Of a stretch of DNA of 64,000 nucleotides, positions 18,509 through 28,600 are shown piece after piece. The notes beneath the pieces were generated by a model. It saw only the letters and a list, made by a program, of their open reading frames with translations, did not search any database and was not told the DNA's origin. Every line of letters begins with the position of its first letter. The stretch's first letter is position 1. This stretch comes from an uncultured Pseudomonadota bacterium. Its GTDB lineage: Bacteria; Pseudomonadota; Alphaproteobacteria; RF32; CAG-239. The position numbers and the translations under genes were made by a program. The stretch spans positions 32,547 to 96,546 of the forward strand of contig CABUUO010000002.1 in the NCBI GenBank assembly GCA_902494875.1, in the 5' to 3' direction.

Positions 18509-19630
18509 ATGAAAATAATGAACGTTATCGAGCTGGCCCAGACGCTGATGAAATTTCGCACCGAAACCGGAAACGCAGAAGAAATCCGCAAATGTCTGGA
18601 ATATATTACGAATCTGTTCAGGGATACCGGCGCCAAGGGCGGCATTTTCGAATACCAGGGCGTCTCTCCGGTACTGTTTCTGCACAACGGCGAAAGCAGC
18701 GAATATGACGTCTTGTGTCTGGGACATTTGGATGTGGTTCCGGCCGCAGACGAAATGTTCAGCCCGTATATCCGGGACGGAAAACTTTTCGGCCGCGGCT
18801 CTCTTGACATGAAGTCTTTTGCCGCCGTTGCCCTTAATTCGCTGGAACACGTATTGAAAAACAAGCTGCCGATAAAGTTCGGCGTCATTCTTTCAACCGA
18901 CGAAGAAAAAGGTTCCAAAAGCACGCATGCCTTTATGGAAGCGCATCCTGACCTGCGGGCGAAAATCGTTTTGGACAACGACGTCGGCGGCGATATTTTG
19001 AAAATCATTACCAAATGCAAAAATCCGGTCTTTGTCAAAATATCGGCCCAAGGCGAGGCTGCGCACGGTTCAACGCCGTGGGACGGCGTGGATGCCAACG
19101 AACTTTTGATGCAGACCCTGTCTAACATCCGCAAAATATATCCTTATTATTCCAAAGGCGGCGTTCAGCCCCAAGACCAGTGGATTGACACGGTTCACGT
19201 TGCCATCATGAAAGGCGGCGAAGTTTCCAACATCATCGCCGGCGAAGCCGAGGCGGTTCTTGACTTTCGTCTGACAGAAAACTCCAGCGTTGAAAACCTT
19301 AAGAAAAATCTGGACCGTTGCATGGTTCCGGGCGTCAGCTACAAAATCGCTTCGGAAAGCACGCCGGTAGTTATGGATGAGAGCAATCCCCATATTTTGG
19401 AATATAAACGTTTTGCCGAGCAAATACTGGGACGCGAAATAGAATTTGAGCATATCGGCGGCGCAACAGACTCCCGCGCATTTGCCGTCCGCGGTTCAAC
19501 CGTCATTATGCATTCCGGCAGCGGCGAAGGCATGCATGCGCCGGGCGAATATGTTGAGGTCGACAGCGTGGAAAAAATCGCCGACATTCAGATCCGCTTT
19601 TTAGACAAGCTGGCCGGAAAACATTCCTAA
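18509..19630 (+). CDS. M20-family metallopeptidase (ArgE/DapE/carboxypeptidase-like)
   Basis: LGHLDVVPA, GRGSLDMKS and a C-terminal dimerisation region. 373 aa. Confidence 0.75.
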   Translation: MKIMNVIELAQTLMKFRTETGNAEEIRKCLEYITNLFRDTGAKGGIFEYQGVSPVLFLHNGESSEYDVLCLGHLDVVPAADEMFSPYIRDGKLFGRGSLDMKSFAAVALNSLEHVLKNKLPIKFGVILSTDEEKGSKSTHAFMEAHPDLRAKIVLDNDVGGDILKIITKCKNPVFVKISAQGEAAHGSTPWDGVDANELLMQTLSNIRKIYPYYSKGGVQPQDQWIDTVHVAIMKGGEVSNIIAGEAEAVLDFRLTENSSVENLKKNLDRCMVPGVSYKIASESTPVVMDESNPHILEYKRFAEQILGREIEFEHIGGATDSRAFAVRGSTVIMHSGSGEGMHAPGEYVEVDSVEKIADIQIRFLDKLAGKHS

Positions 19631-19634
19631 CGCA

Positions 19635-19670
19635 ACAAAGCCGCCGAAACATTTCGGCGGCTTTGTTTTT
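19635..19670. terminator. Rho-independent terminator
   Basis: caaagccgccgaaa-cattt-cggcggctttg followed by TTTTT. Confidence 0.6.
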
Positions 19671-19686
19671 ACAGAGATTTGCCCGC

Positions 19687-21237
19687 TCAGAGAAGCGGTT
19701 CGTGTTTTTTGGTTTCCGGCGGCAGAACATATTGCCGATTCCGATGCGAAACAACAACAGGCGTTTCGCCGAAATTATACATACACAGAATGTTATTCTC
19801 ACCGGTTTCGTCCGAACGAATAAACGATATGACATCCGGACAACCGGGAACATCAAGAAAAGTAATGTTTCCGGGACAGGAAAATATGCTTTTCCGACGG
19901 TTCTTAATTGCCTCCCGCACCTGATTAAGCGTTGAATAAGGATCTTTCTCCTGTGCTTCAATGCAAAACGAGATCTGTCGTTCATCCGGATGAAGAGCCA
20001 TATTGCCATGGGAAGCCGCATTCACGCAAAAGCCGGCACGCGCACCGTCCCAGGGATTGTTTGCAATCGACCAGACATTGCGCGGATCGCGGGCGGGATT
20101 TTTGCAGGCTTGCAAATCCAGCGGATTAGGCATTCCCAATTCATCACCCTGAAAAATGCAGACACTGCCCGGCAAAGTCAGCAGCAGATCCATCAGCATG
20201 GCGCTTTTGGCTGCGGAAAAATCATTTTTCCACAAGCGGGTAACCGCACGCTCCATATCATGGTTGCTAAACGCCCAGTTGAGCTTTTTGCCCTGCGGCG
20301 AAACCTCCAGCGCTTTAGTTACGCGGCGGCGGAAATCTTCCAGCGTTCCGCGCAGCGACCCGATATAAAACGAATCGCAGACGCTTTCCCTTACCGTTTG
20401 CACGCCTTTGTTATTGCCGTATTTTCCTTTGTCAAAAACATATTCAGCCAACAGCGTCTTAGCCGGGGCATAAGAACCGGCCAAAGCTTTCAGCGCGTCC
20501 AAAAACTCGGCACCGATACGGTTATTGATGTCATAAATACGCTTCTGTTCACCGTTTTCATCCAGCGGATTGTCCCGGAACAGCTCATCGCAACCATAAT
20601 GCGTTGTCGCATCAAGACGAAAACCGTCAACTCCCAAATCAAACCAATATTCGGAAATTTTCAACAGTTCCCGCCGGACTTCGGAGTGGTTAATGTTCAG
20701 ATTAGGCATGGTATAATCAAAACTGTGCAGATAAAACTGCCCGCGTTTTTCATTCCAAGTCCAAGCGCTTTCGCCGGAGGAATCCCATTTTGACGGCCAG
20801 TTGTTCGGCGCGACAGGATTTCCTTCATCATCAAAGCCAACGGCATCATGCCAGACAAAATAGTCGGCGTAAGGCCCGCTCCTTTTAATGCTTTGCCGAA
20901 ACCACGGATGATTGGCGGAACAGTGATTATACACCTGATCTATGAACACCTTAACACCGCGGTCATGATAAACCGTGCACAACTCTCTGAAATCATCCAA
21001 AGAGCCAAACATTGGATCAATCCGGTAATAGTCGGTAATATCATAGCCAAAACCATTGCGATCCCAGCGGAAAAACGGTGCAATCCATACGGCGTCCACA
21101 CCCAGCGAGGCGACGTAGTCCGCCATGGCCGTAATGCCTTTCAAATTGCCGTAACACCCAGGATAAGGATCACTTTTGCTACCCGGCGCATAATTAAACG
21201 TCAACGGATAGATCTCATAAATAACTTCGTTGTACAT
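19687..21237 (-). CDS. GH13-family alpha-glucosidase / trehalose-synthase-like glycoside hydrolase
   Basis: VIYEIYPLTF start, GVDAVWIAPFF, GVDGFRLDATTHYG and FSNHDMER are GH13 conserved regions I-IV. The start was moved to the MYNEVIYEIYP Met. Confidence 0.75.
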   Translation of the reverse strand: MYNEVIYEIYPLTFNYAPGSKSDPYPGCYGNLKGITAMADYVASLGVDAVWIAPFFRWDRNGFGYDITDYYRIDPMFGSLDDFRELCTVYHDRGVKVFIDQVYNHCSANHPWFRQSIKRSGPYADYFVWHDAVGFDDEGNPVAPNNWPSKWDSSGESAWTWNEKRGQFYLHSFDYTMPNLNINHSEVRRELLKISEYWFDLGVDGFRLDATTHYGCDELFRDNPLDENGEQKRIYDINNRIGAEFLDALKALAGSYAPAKTLLAEYVFDKGKYGNNKGVQTVRESVCDSFYIGSLRGTLEDFRRRVTKALEVSPQGKKLNWAFSNHDMERAVTRLWKNDFSAAKSAMLMDLLLTLPGSVCIFQGDELGMPNPLDLQACKNPARDPRNVWSIANNPWDGARAGFCVNAASHGNMALHPDERQISFCIEAQEKDPYSTLNQVREAIKNRRKSIFSCPGNITFLDVPGCPDVISFIRSDETGENNILCMYNFGETPVVVSHRNRQYVLPPETKKHEPLL

Positions 21238-21417
21238 AAAAATAAAAGTTAAAATTATACAATCAGAAAATAGTCTCAAGCGGGTTTGAAAATAGCATAA
21301 TTTTAACAGGTTGACAATAAAAATATGTCGATCCCCGCGGCCATCGCACGATTAATGCCGGGCGGCGCAAATAGAGCTTGAACTTTCGGCAAAATAAAAT
21401 TATAAGAAAACTGTTGC

Positions 21418-21494
21418 GCCGGCGTAGCTCATCAGGATAGAGCAACAGTTTCCTAAACTGTGGGTAGTGGGTTCGAGTCCCGCCGCTGGCGCCA
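21418..21494 (+). tRNA. tRNA-Arg (anticodon CCT)
   Basis: The cloverleaf was folded by hand: acceptor GCCGGCG/CGCTGGC, D-stem GCTC/GAGC, anticodon loop TTCCTAA, T-loop TTCGAGT, with CCA encoded. Confidence 0.8.
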
Positions 21495-21516
21495 TTGATT
21501 TTTTAGCGAGAATGCC

Positions 21517-22404
21517 ATGGCAAAACGTAACGCCCCTGTTGTTGTCGGAATCGGCGAACTGTTATGGGATATGCTGCCCGGCGGAAAACGTGCCGGCGGA
21601 GCACCTGTCAACTTTGTATATCACGCGGCGCAAAACGGCGCCGACGGCTATGCGGTTAGTGCTATAGGAAAAGACGATTTCGGCCGAGAAATCATTGCCG
21701 AGCTGGATAAGAAAAAAATTCTGCATATTGTTGAAGCTACTGATTACCCGACCGGATATGTTGACGTGATGCTTGAAAACGGCATTCCCTCTTATACGAT
21801 TGTCGAAAACGTAGCCTGGGACCATATTCCCTTTACCTTCAGGGCACAAAATATCCTGCGTCAGGCCGATGCCGTATGTTTCGGCACACTGGCGCTGAGA
21901 CACAAAGAATCCCGGCAAAACATTTTGAGGCTGATTGACGAAAGCAATCCGTCCGCCCTGAAGTTTTTTGACATCAACCTGCGTCGCGGGTATTATTCTC
22001 GGGAACTGGTCGGAAAGCTGCTGCAAAAGTCCAACGTATTCAAAATCAATGATGAAGAAATTCTGACGGTTTGCAGTATGTTTGAGCTTGACGGCAGCGA
22101 TGAAGAAATCTGCCGCTTACTGCTGAAAAAATATAACCTGCGGTACTTGATTTTCACGGCCGGCGAAAAATACAGCATTATTTATACCGCCGACGAAACG
22201 TCTTATCTGGAAACGCCGCGGGTAAAAGTCGCTGACACGGTTGGCGCCGGCGATGCCTTTTCCGGAACATTTATTTGCAGCATTCTTAAAGGCAAAAACC
22301 TGCGCGAGGCGCATCAAAACGCTACTGACGTTGCGGCCTACGTATGTACGCAACACGGCGCCTGGCCCGATTATCCGCCGGAACTTAAAATCAAAATCAG
22401 TTAA
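21517..22404 (+). CDS. PfkB-family carbohydrate kinase (fructokinase-like)
   Basis: N-terminal GELLWD...GGAPVN region and the C-terminal DTVGAGDAF signature. Confidence 0.75.
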   Translation: MAKRNAPVVVGIGELLWDMLPGGKRAGGAPVNFVYHAAQNGADGYAVSAIGKDDFGREIIAELDKKKILHIVEATDYPTGYVDVMLENGIPSYTIVENVAWDHIPFTFRAQNILRQADAVCFGTLALRHKESRQNILRLIDESNPSALKFFDINLRRGYYSRELVGKLLQKSNVFKINDEEILTVCSMFELDGSDEEICRLLLKKYNLRYLIFTAGEKYSIIYTADETSYLETPRVKVADTVGAGDAFSGTFICSILKGKNLREAHQNATDVAAYVCTQHGAWPDYPPELKIKIS

Positions 22405-22453
22405 AAAAAATACCGTTACGCCAGATATCGGGAGGCATCATCTTCAAAAATTT

Positions 22454-23581
22454 TTAAAAGCGGAAACCCACGCCCGTAACCACCGCGTACCCGCGATTAT
22501 TGTCATCGCCGGCACGGGAAAGCCCCTTGGCGTTCAGATAAGAGCCGACCAGATAAAGCTCAAAATGCTCCGTCAAGGCATAAAGGTTGGAAAATACCCA
22601 GAGATCGTCGCGATTGCGCGTATTGTCGGCTTTGGTATGCAGATAGGCCAAATTGCTTTTCCAGGCGCCGTATTGACAGCCGATGCTGAAGTTCCAGGCC
22701 TGGGATTCTCTGAAATTGTCAAAATATGCCGGTGTCTGCGGATTATCGGAGACGGTGGTAATCGGATTTTTATTCCCGTCAATATAGGCTTTTTTATAGC
22801 CCATTCCCATATTCCAATGCCCGCGGATCAGCGTGAGACCGAAAGAGGCTTCCTTATCGGTTCGGTTGAAAATGCCGTAGCCGAACGAAGTATAAATTTC
22901 GGTATCCTTTACCTGCCATTTGTTTTGCATGGCGGCAACATAGCCGTCTTCCGGCGTTTCGTAGTCAAGATAGCGGCTGCCGGTGCCTCGGCGGCTGGCA
23001 TTGTCCGGCGCATAAGAAAAACCCAACACAGTATTACCCAGTCTGGGCGTAAAATAGCTGAACTTGACAGCACGTCCGTCATTCATAATCGAGGTGGACT
23101 TCGGCGTCTGATAGCTGACAGATTTGCGGCCGTTGCTCCAGTTCGGATTACTCAGAAAATAGGTCATATTGGAATCGTCAATTTTAAAAAACGTAATATC
23201 CCGCGCGCCTTTATGCAAAAGATATGCGGCATTATAGGTATAACCGGCGGTAAATTTTCCCCAAGGGGATTCATCGACTAGATACGGATAGAATCGCCAA
23301 TCGCCGTGCGGATAAGAAGTGTCCGGATCCCGCAAAACCAGCGTATTGCTGGTATGCAGCCCCAAATAGTGTTCTTCGGAAAGACGGTAATTGAGCTTTA
23401 CGGAGACATCTGCGCGATAAACCCAACGGTAGGGATTATTTTTGACATTATCGTGTTTGCGGGTTTGGGCTATGCCGTAGTAGCCGCCCATCAGTCCGGA
23501 CGCATCAAACTCAAAATGTCCGGCCCAGAGCGAAGATGGGAATGATACCAGAAAACCGGCAATCATCAAAAGTCTTTTCAT
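22454..23581 (-). CDS. Outer-membrane beta-barrel porin (candidate sugar/glucan porin)
   Basis: Signal peptide, alternating amphipathic strands rich in Tyr and Gly, and a C-terminal ...GVGFRF ending in Phe. Confidence 0.5.
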   Translation of the reverse strand: MKRLLMIAGFLVSFPSSLWAGHFEFDASGLMGGYYGIAQTRKHDNVKNNPYRWVYRADVSVKLNYRLSEEHYLGLHTSNTLVLRDPDTSYPHGDWRFYPYLVDESPWGKFTAGYTYNAAYLLHKGARDITFFKIDDSNMTYFLSNPNWSNGRKSVSYQTPKSTSIMNDGRAVKFSYFTPRLGNTVLGFSYAPDNASRRGTGSRYLDYETPEDGYVAAMQNKWQVKDTEIYTSFGYGIFNRTDKEASFGLTLIRGHWNMGMGYKKAYIDGNKNPITTVSDNPQTPAYFDNFRESQAWNFSIGCQYGAWKSNLAYLHTKADNTRNRDDLWVFSNLYALTEHFELYLVGSYLNAKGLSRAGDDNNRGYAVVTGVGFRF

Positions 23582-23686
23582 AGTAAGCGTTCTCATCAAT
23601 TTAACTTATGGTCAGAGAATACAGAACAAACCTTAATATTTTATGTATTCAAAAAGAAAGCGCCCAAACGGCGCTTAGACTGAATG

Positions 23687-25897
23687 TCAACTCCGCTCGG
23701 CGCGGATGACATCAAAAATTGAGCGGAAACGCCCGTCGGCATCCATATCTTCAATATTGACATTCAATTTCACACGCCAGTTCGGATACTCGTGCGTGGT
23801 ACCGGGAACGTTTTCCATCACCACCTGACCGTATATATCTTCTATGCGTTGTAAAAAGATGGCGCTTTTGGTACGGGCGACATACTGGTTGACGGCATAC
23901 TCCAAACGGTCGGGAACACTGTTTCCGTCAAGCTTGGCTTTCGCATCTTCAAGGCACTTTTCATCACAGAAGGTATTTTGTTCGCTGAAAGCCTTGATAA
24001 GCAGCGCCCGTTCAGACGCACGCGTGGCCAGATTGCTTTTAAACTGTTCTTCGTTTACATACAGGCTGCAGCCGTTAAAAGTGTTGATGTCTTCGTCCAG
24101 CCAGTAGCCGTAAGCCGTGGCCTGATCATGCGTACTGGCCTGCGCCAGAGACAAATACTGATATTTATCAGGCGCAAGATAAGAACCGTCTTTGTCTTTC
24201 TGACGGAAGAAAACCTTGTTGGAAAGCAAGCCGTGTTCAAACATATATTCCCGGAATCCCGGCGGCACGGTTCCCAGATCTTCACCGATGACCATACATT
24301 TGGCGCGGTGGCTTTCAATGGAAAGAATGGCGACCATCTCTTTCATATTATAATAGACGTAAGCCCCCTGAACCACCGGATTATTCTGAACGAAATAAAC
24401 CCAAAACAGACGCATCAACCCCATGGCGTGGTCTATACGCAACGCTTTGGCGTGTTTCATATTTTCGCGAATCAGATGAATGAAAGGCTCATAATAGGCC
24501 ATGCGGAGTTTTTGGGGATGATACGGTGCAAATCCCCAGCTTTGACCGCGCGGACGCATGGGATCGGCCGGCGCGCCGATACCCATATTTTCGGCAAAAA
24601 TGCTGCGGTTTTCCCAAACCTCGACACCGCTGGAGGCCGCTCCGATCGGCGAATCGAGATATAAGCCGACCTTCATGCCCAGCTTTTGGCACAGTTCGGC
24701 CGCTTCAGCCAACTGGACATCCGCCAGCCAATGACAATAAGCATAAAAATCCATCAGTTCTCGGTTCATTTTAGCAAATTCGCGAGTATGGAAAGAACGG
24801 ATTTTATCATAATTATACGGCCAGTAACGCCAGTCGTTGCGGGTACCGTCAATGCCGTGTTTTTCCAGAAGCGCTTCAAACAAGCATATATTCTCAAACT
24901 TTTCGCCTTTTTCCTTTACAAAATCAAGGAAAGTGCGGCCGCGAGGCGAAATGCCTTTCTCCGCATCCAAATGCTCGGCGCGAAAATAGCCGAACATGGC
25001 TTTCAACAATTGCAATTTGAGCTTAAAGATACCGTAATAGTCAACCTTGTCCAAACGGCGGAGACGTTCAATTTCGGCTTTGACATCCGGCGTTTCAACC
25101 AAAATCCGAACCTGCGGCGCCTCCTGATATTCGGGCACAGCGGTCAGGTCAACATAAGCATAGTTTAAATAGACTCGGCTTAAAGTGCGGTATGGGGAAA
25201 CATCCGTACGACTTTCGGGAAACATGGCGCCGAGCGGATTAACGCCAACAATGTCGCCGCCGTTTTCCGCCACCTGTTTAATAATGTTTTTCAAATCGGT
25301 AAAATCGCCGATGCCCATGTTGCTTTTAGAACGCAAGGCATAGAGTTGTATCGCAAGACCGTATACGCGAAACTTTTCCTCAGCCACGCCGTCTACCAGA
25401 TAGCATTTCGGCAGCGCCATAATAATCATGCTCTGATACTTCTGCTCGCCGACGGTGACCGTCAGATGATAATAGCCGGGAGCAAGCTTGGCAAAAAAGA
25501 CCGGCGCCAGCATCACATACTCCACTCCGTCAATGGTTTTGCGCGCCAAAACCGGCAGGGAAGAAAGTTCTGTCCGCCCTTCGATAATACGGCCGTTTTC
25601 ATCTTCAAGTTCAAAAACGGCGGTATTTGTTCTGGCCGTTTCAGGAAGGCACAATTTAACCGAAGTGTCTTGTTCATCAGTGAAAAAAGAGTTTACACAG
25701 TCCAGACCTTCCCGCCACAGAGTTTCGTCAAGTTTTTTTATCGTTGCGTCAATTTCCGAATCCGAATCGCACGGATATCCCATATCTTTCAAAAAACACT
25801 TTCTGACTTCATCTGTCGTATAGTGAATCTGTCCAACTTTATCGGTATATTCTGATGATATGCCGGCAATTTTGGCTAATTCCTCAATTTTAGACAT
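23687..25897 (-). CDS. malQ: 4-alpha-glucanotransferase (amylomaltase, GH77)
   Basis: 736 aa with GH77 conserved regions (…YALRS..NMGIGDF.., …DHAMGL.R…, ..GEDLGTVP..). Confidence 0.7.
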   Translation of the reverse strand: MSKIEELAKIAGISSEYTDKVGQIHYTTDEVRKCFLKDMGYPCDSDSEIDATIKKLDETLWREGLDCVNSFFTDEQDTSVKLCLPETARTNTAVFELEDENGRIIEGRTELSSLPVLARKTIDGVEYVMLAPVFFAKLAPGYYHLTVTVGEQKYQSMIIMALPKCYLVDGVAEEKFRVYGLAIQLYALRSKSNMGIGDFTDLKNIIKQVAENGGDIVGVNPLGAMFPESRTDVSPYRTLSRVYLNYAYVDLTAVPEYQEAPQVRILVETPDVKAEIERLRRLDKVDYYGIFKLKLQLLKAMFGYFRAEHLDAEKGISPRGRTFLDFVKEKGEKFENICLFEALLEKHGIDGTRNDWRYWPYNYDKIRSFHTREFAKMNRELMDFYAYCHWLADVQLAEAAELCQKLGMKVGLYLDSPIGAASSGVEVWENRSIFAENMGIGAPADPMRPRGQSWGFAPYHPQKLRMAYYEPFIHLIRENMKHAKALRIDHAMGLMRLFWVYFVQNNPVVQGAYVYYNMKEMVAILSIESHRAKCMVIGEDLGTVPPGFREYMFEHGLLSNKVFFRQKDKDGSYLAPDKYQYLSLAQASTHDQATAYGYWLDEDINTFNGCSLYVNEEQFKSNLATRASERALLIKAFSEQNTFCDEKCLEDAKAKLDGNSVPDRLEYAVNQYVARTKSAIFLQRIEDIYGQVVMENVPGTTHEYPNWRVKLNVNIEDMDADGRFRSIFDVIRAERS

Positions 25898-26013
25898 AAA
25901 AAACTCCCAATTTTGTCATTTTATCAACATTTTTGATTTTTTTCGCAAAATTATGTTGAAATCCTGTGGATTCATTCTAATTTAGACTCATTATAATCAA
26001 TAGGAGAGATTTT

Positions 26014-27633
26014 ATGAAAGGAAATAATGAACTTATTAACTACATTCATTCCCAGCGGTGGTGCGGTTTTAAGCAAGCCATTGCCGACGGTCAGGTAGTT
26101 GATATTCAACTGGACTCGATTCCGTTTGATAACGGGCAGAAATTTTTCACCCTGGGCACAGCCAAACTTAACGACGGCTCGGAACGAACGTTCTTTATGC
26201 CGATGGCCCGGGGACATTTGGACGACGTTGAAAGCGTGATGATCAACGGCGAAGAAATGTATGATGCCATGAAGGCGCCAGATTACTGGTCTGCGTTGAT
26301 GGACTTTTTCAAAGAAAACCGCAATGAAGTTACTTTCAACAACGGTGCGGTTGTTCATTATCATAATATCGGCGACAGAAAAATCATTCAGGACAATATG
26401 CATTCGGTTTCCAAACCTCTGAACGTCGAACAAAGCAACACCACCATCAAGGTCGGCGACAATGCCATTGCCTTCAAGCAGGACCGCATGATTGAAAGCG
26501 ATTTCGGCGTCAGCACCGAGGTCGAAATGAACGCCAAGCTGATGGAGGCCGAATGTTCGGCCATGCCGAAAACCTATGGCGCGTTTATTATGAAAGAACC
26601 CGGCGGGAAAATTGCCACGCTGGGAATCGTACAGGAATTTGTTCCCAACCGCGGCGACCTTTGGGAGTTTGCCAACAATTATCTGGTCGGCGCTTTGAAC
26701 GAAGCTCAGGCTAACGGGCAGGATGAAATTGATGTTAACGATCATCCGGCATTTGTGGAAATGATGAGAAACCTCGGACACAAAACGACGGAAATGTCCG
26801 AATGTCTGTCCCGCCCCAACGGAAATCCGGACTTTGAACCGCAGCCGGTAGACGCCGATTATCTGCACGGATATGAAAAGAATCTGAATGTTCTGCTCTA
26901 TCAGACAAAGAGAACCATTGAGCAGAACATTCAAAATCTGGACGGTGAAACCAGAGAACAGACCGAAAAGCTGATTGAAAACTGGGACAAGCTGACGCAA
27001 AACTTTGTAAAACGCAATATCAGCCTGCTCAGCAGCGGCGAAAAACAAAGCAACATTGTCCGCGTTCACGGCGATTTTCATCTGGGACAGGTCCTGGTTA
27101 CCAAAGACGGCGATTTGAAGTTTTTGGATTTTGCCGGCGAACCGGGTCTTTCGATTACCGAACGCAAAAAGAAACACCCAGAAACCCGTGACATTGCCGG
27201 AATGTACCGTTCCATCAGCGGCTATCTGGGACCGGTGGTCGCAGAAACCTTTGCCGCAACCGGAGAAATTGTCAAACGCGCCAACGGCACAGACAAAAAT
27301 GTAACCAATCCGGAAAAGGAAGCCTGGGCCAACCGTGCCGTGGCTCCGATGATTGAGGTTGCCACACGTTCTTTTCTGGACGGCCGCAGTGAAGCCGAAC
27401 CGATGCTGGCTCTGGAAATTCTGCGCAAGAATCTGTATGAAGTCGGTTATGAAGTCAGCAACCGTCCGGATATGGCGCATATTCCGGTCAAAGGACTGGT
27501 CAGCCTGCTCAACAGCGGCGAAGAATTGGCTCAAAAGAGAACCAAACAGCAAGGCGGCGTGGACATATACGGCGCAGCCAACAGCAACTTGGCCGGCAAA
27601 ATACTGGCGGAAAAGTTCGGCAATAGTTTATAA
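26014..27633 (+). CDS. Maltokinase-like (Mak/Pep2 family) aminoglycoside-phosphotransferase-fold kinase
   Basis: Catalytic loop VHGDFHLGQVLV and DFAGEP (a DFG-like motif). An AGGAGA ribosome-binding site precedes it. 539 aa. Confidence 0.55.
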   Translation: MKGNNELINYIHSQRWCGFKQAIADGQVVDIQLDSIPFDNGQKFFTLGTAKLNDGSERTFFMPMARGHLDDVESVMINGEEMYDAMKAPDYWSALMDFFKENRNEVTFNNGAVVHYHNIGDRKIIQDNMHSVSKPLNVEQSNTTIKVGDNAIAFKQDRMIESDFGVSTEVEMNAKLMEAECSAMPKTYGAFIMKEPGGKIATLGIVQEFVPNRGDLWEFANNYLVGALNEAQANGQDEIDVNDHPAFVEMMRNLGHKTTEMSECLSRPNGNPDFEPQPVDADYLHGYEKNLNVLLYQTKRTIEQNIQNLDGETREQTEKLIENWDKLTQNFVKRNISLLSSGEKQSNIVRVHGDFHLGQVLVTKDGDLKFLDFAGEPGLSITERKKKHPETRDIAGMYRSISGYLGPVVAETFAATGEIVKRANGTDKNVTNPEKEAWANRAVAPMIEVATRSFLDGRSEAEPMLALEILRKNLYEVGYEVSNRPDMAHIPVKGLVSLLNSGEELAQKRTKQQGGVDIYGAANSNLAGKILAEKFGNSL

Positions 27634-27712
27634 TTATAAAAAAAATTCAACATCGCTCATAAATTTGCTTGCTTTTAATTTTTAAGTATGCTTAATTGTT
27701 GGCGATGTGAAT

Positions 27713-27803
27713 GGATAGATGGCCGAGTGGTCGAAGGCGCACGATTGGAAATCGTGTGTACGCCTAAAGCGTACCGTGAGTTCGAATCTCACTCTATCCG
27801 CCA
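27713..27803 (+). tRNA. tRNA-Ser (anticodon GGA)
   Basis: GGATAGATGGCCGAGTGG start, a long variable arm, anticodon loop TTGGAAA, with CCA encoded. Confidence 0.8.
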
Positions 27804-27810
27804 TTTTATA

Positions 27811-27842
27811 AAAATACCCTCCAAAGCGGAGGGTATTTTTTT
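27811..27842 (+). terminator. Rho-independent terminator after tRNA-Ser
   Basis: taccctcc-aaag-cggagggta followed by a T-run. Confidence 0.6.
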
Positions 27843-27853
27843 ACCGTTTTCAT

Positions 27854-28483
27854 TCAACGAATGAAGTTGGTGCGGGCTCCGTTTTCCGGTTGCGGCGTTT
27901 CAAGGCCGCAAGTTTTACCGTTTTCAATTATTTTAAGCAACCAGGCCATATTTCGGCCAATATTGCGCATAGTTTGAAGTCCTTCCTGATCCTGAGACAC
28001 ATCTTCGGTTTTGGTACCGTGGACCATATTCCAATAAGTGGAAGAAACAACCGGCATTTTGTTGATAGTGAAATATTTATTGATAACATCAATCGAAGCC
28101 GTGGTTCCGGCACGGCGGGCCGAAACTACCGCAGCACCGGGTTTGAAGGCAAAAGCCTCGCCGCCGGCGTAAAACGCACGGTCCAAAACCGAAAGCAAGC
28201 GGCCGGACGGATGCGCATAATAAACCGGCGAACCGAAAACAAAACCGTCAGCGGTTCTGGCTTTGTCAATAATCGTATTAACAATATCATCATTAAAAAC
28301 ACATTTGCCGCTGCAGGTTTTCCGACAGGTACCGCAACCAACACAATCGCGGTACGGCAGTTTTCCGAGTTGAACGATTTCACTTTCAACGCCCTCTTGA
28401 CGCAGGACTTCCGCCACTGTTTCCAAAGCCTTATTGGTGCAGCCTTTTTCATTGCAGCTTCCGTTTATCATCAGAACTTTCAT
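27854..28483 (-). CDS. Iron-sulfur flavoprotein / NADPH-dependent FMN reductase family (flavodoxin-like)
   Basis: MKVLMINGSCNEKGCT plus a Cys cluster (CVGCGTCRKTCSGKC). The start was moved to MKVLMING. Confidence 0.65.
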   Translation of the reverse strand: MKVLMINGSCNEKGCTNKALETVAEVLRQEGVESEIVQLGKLPYRDCVGCGTCRKTCSGKCVFNDDIVNTIIDKARTADGFVFGSPVYYAHPSGRLLSVLDRAFYAGGEAFAFKPGAAVVSARRAGTTASIDVINKYFTINKMPVVSSTYWNMVHGTKTEDVSQDQEGLQTMRNIGRNMAWLLKIIENGKTCGLETPQPENGARTNFIR

Positions 28484-28600
28484 AGACACCTCCCATATAT
28501 TTTCTAAAATTAATATATGTTTTTTTCTTCTATAATTCAATCGGAATAAAAAAAGAGCTGCTTCCCGTAAGGAAACAACCCTGTTTTTTTATCCCGGCTT

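Noticed and set aside
19990-21252. Several plus-strand ORFs (267 aa, 134 aa) antisense to the GH13 gene
   Set aside because: These are shadow ORFs of a well-supported GH13 coding sequence. They have Arg/Gln-rich composition and no ribosome-binding sites.
22241-23281. 346-aa plus-strand ORF overlapping the porin and PfkB genes
   Set aside because: It is antisense to the porin gene and overlaps the 3' end of the PfkB gene. It has no domain features and the sense genes are well supported.
25972-27552. 526-aa ORF on the minus strand, fully antisense to the maltokinase-like gene
   Set aside because: It has no start context or recognisable motifs and a biased composition (rich in Phe, Val, Gly and Arg) typical of the reverse complement of a real gene. 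The plus-strand gene has a clear ribosome-binding site and catalytic motifs.
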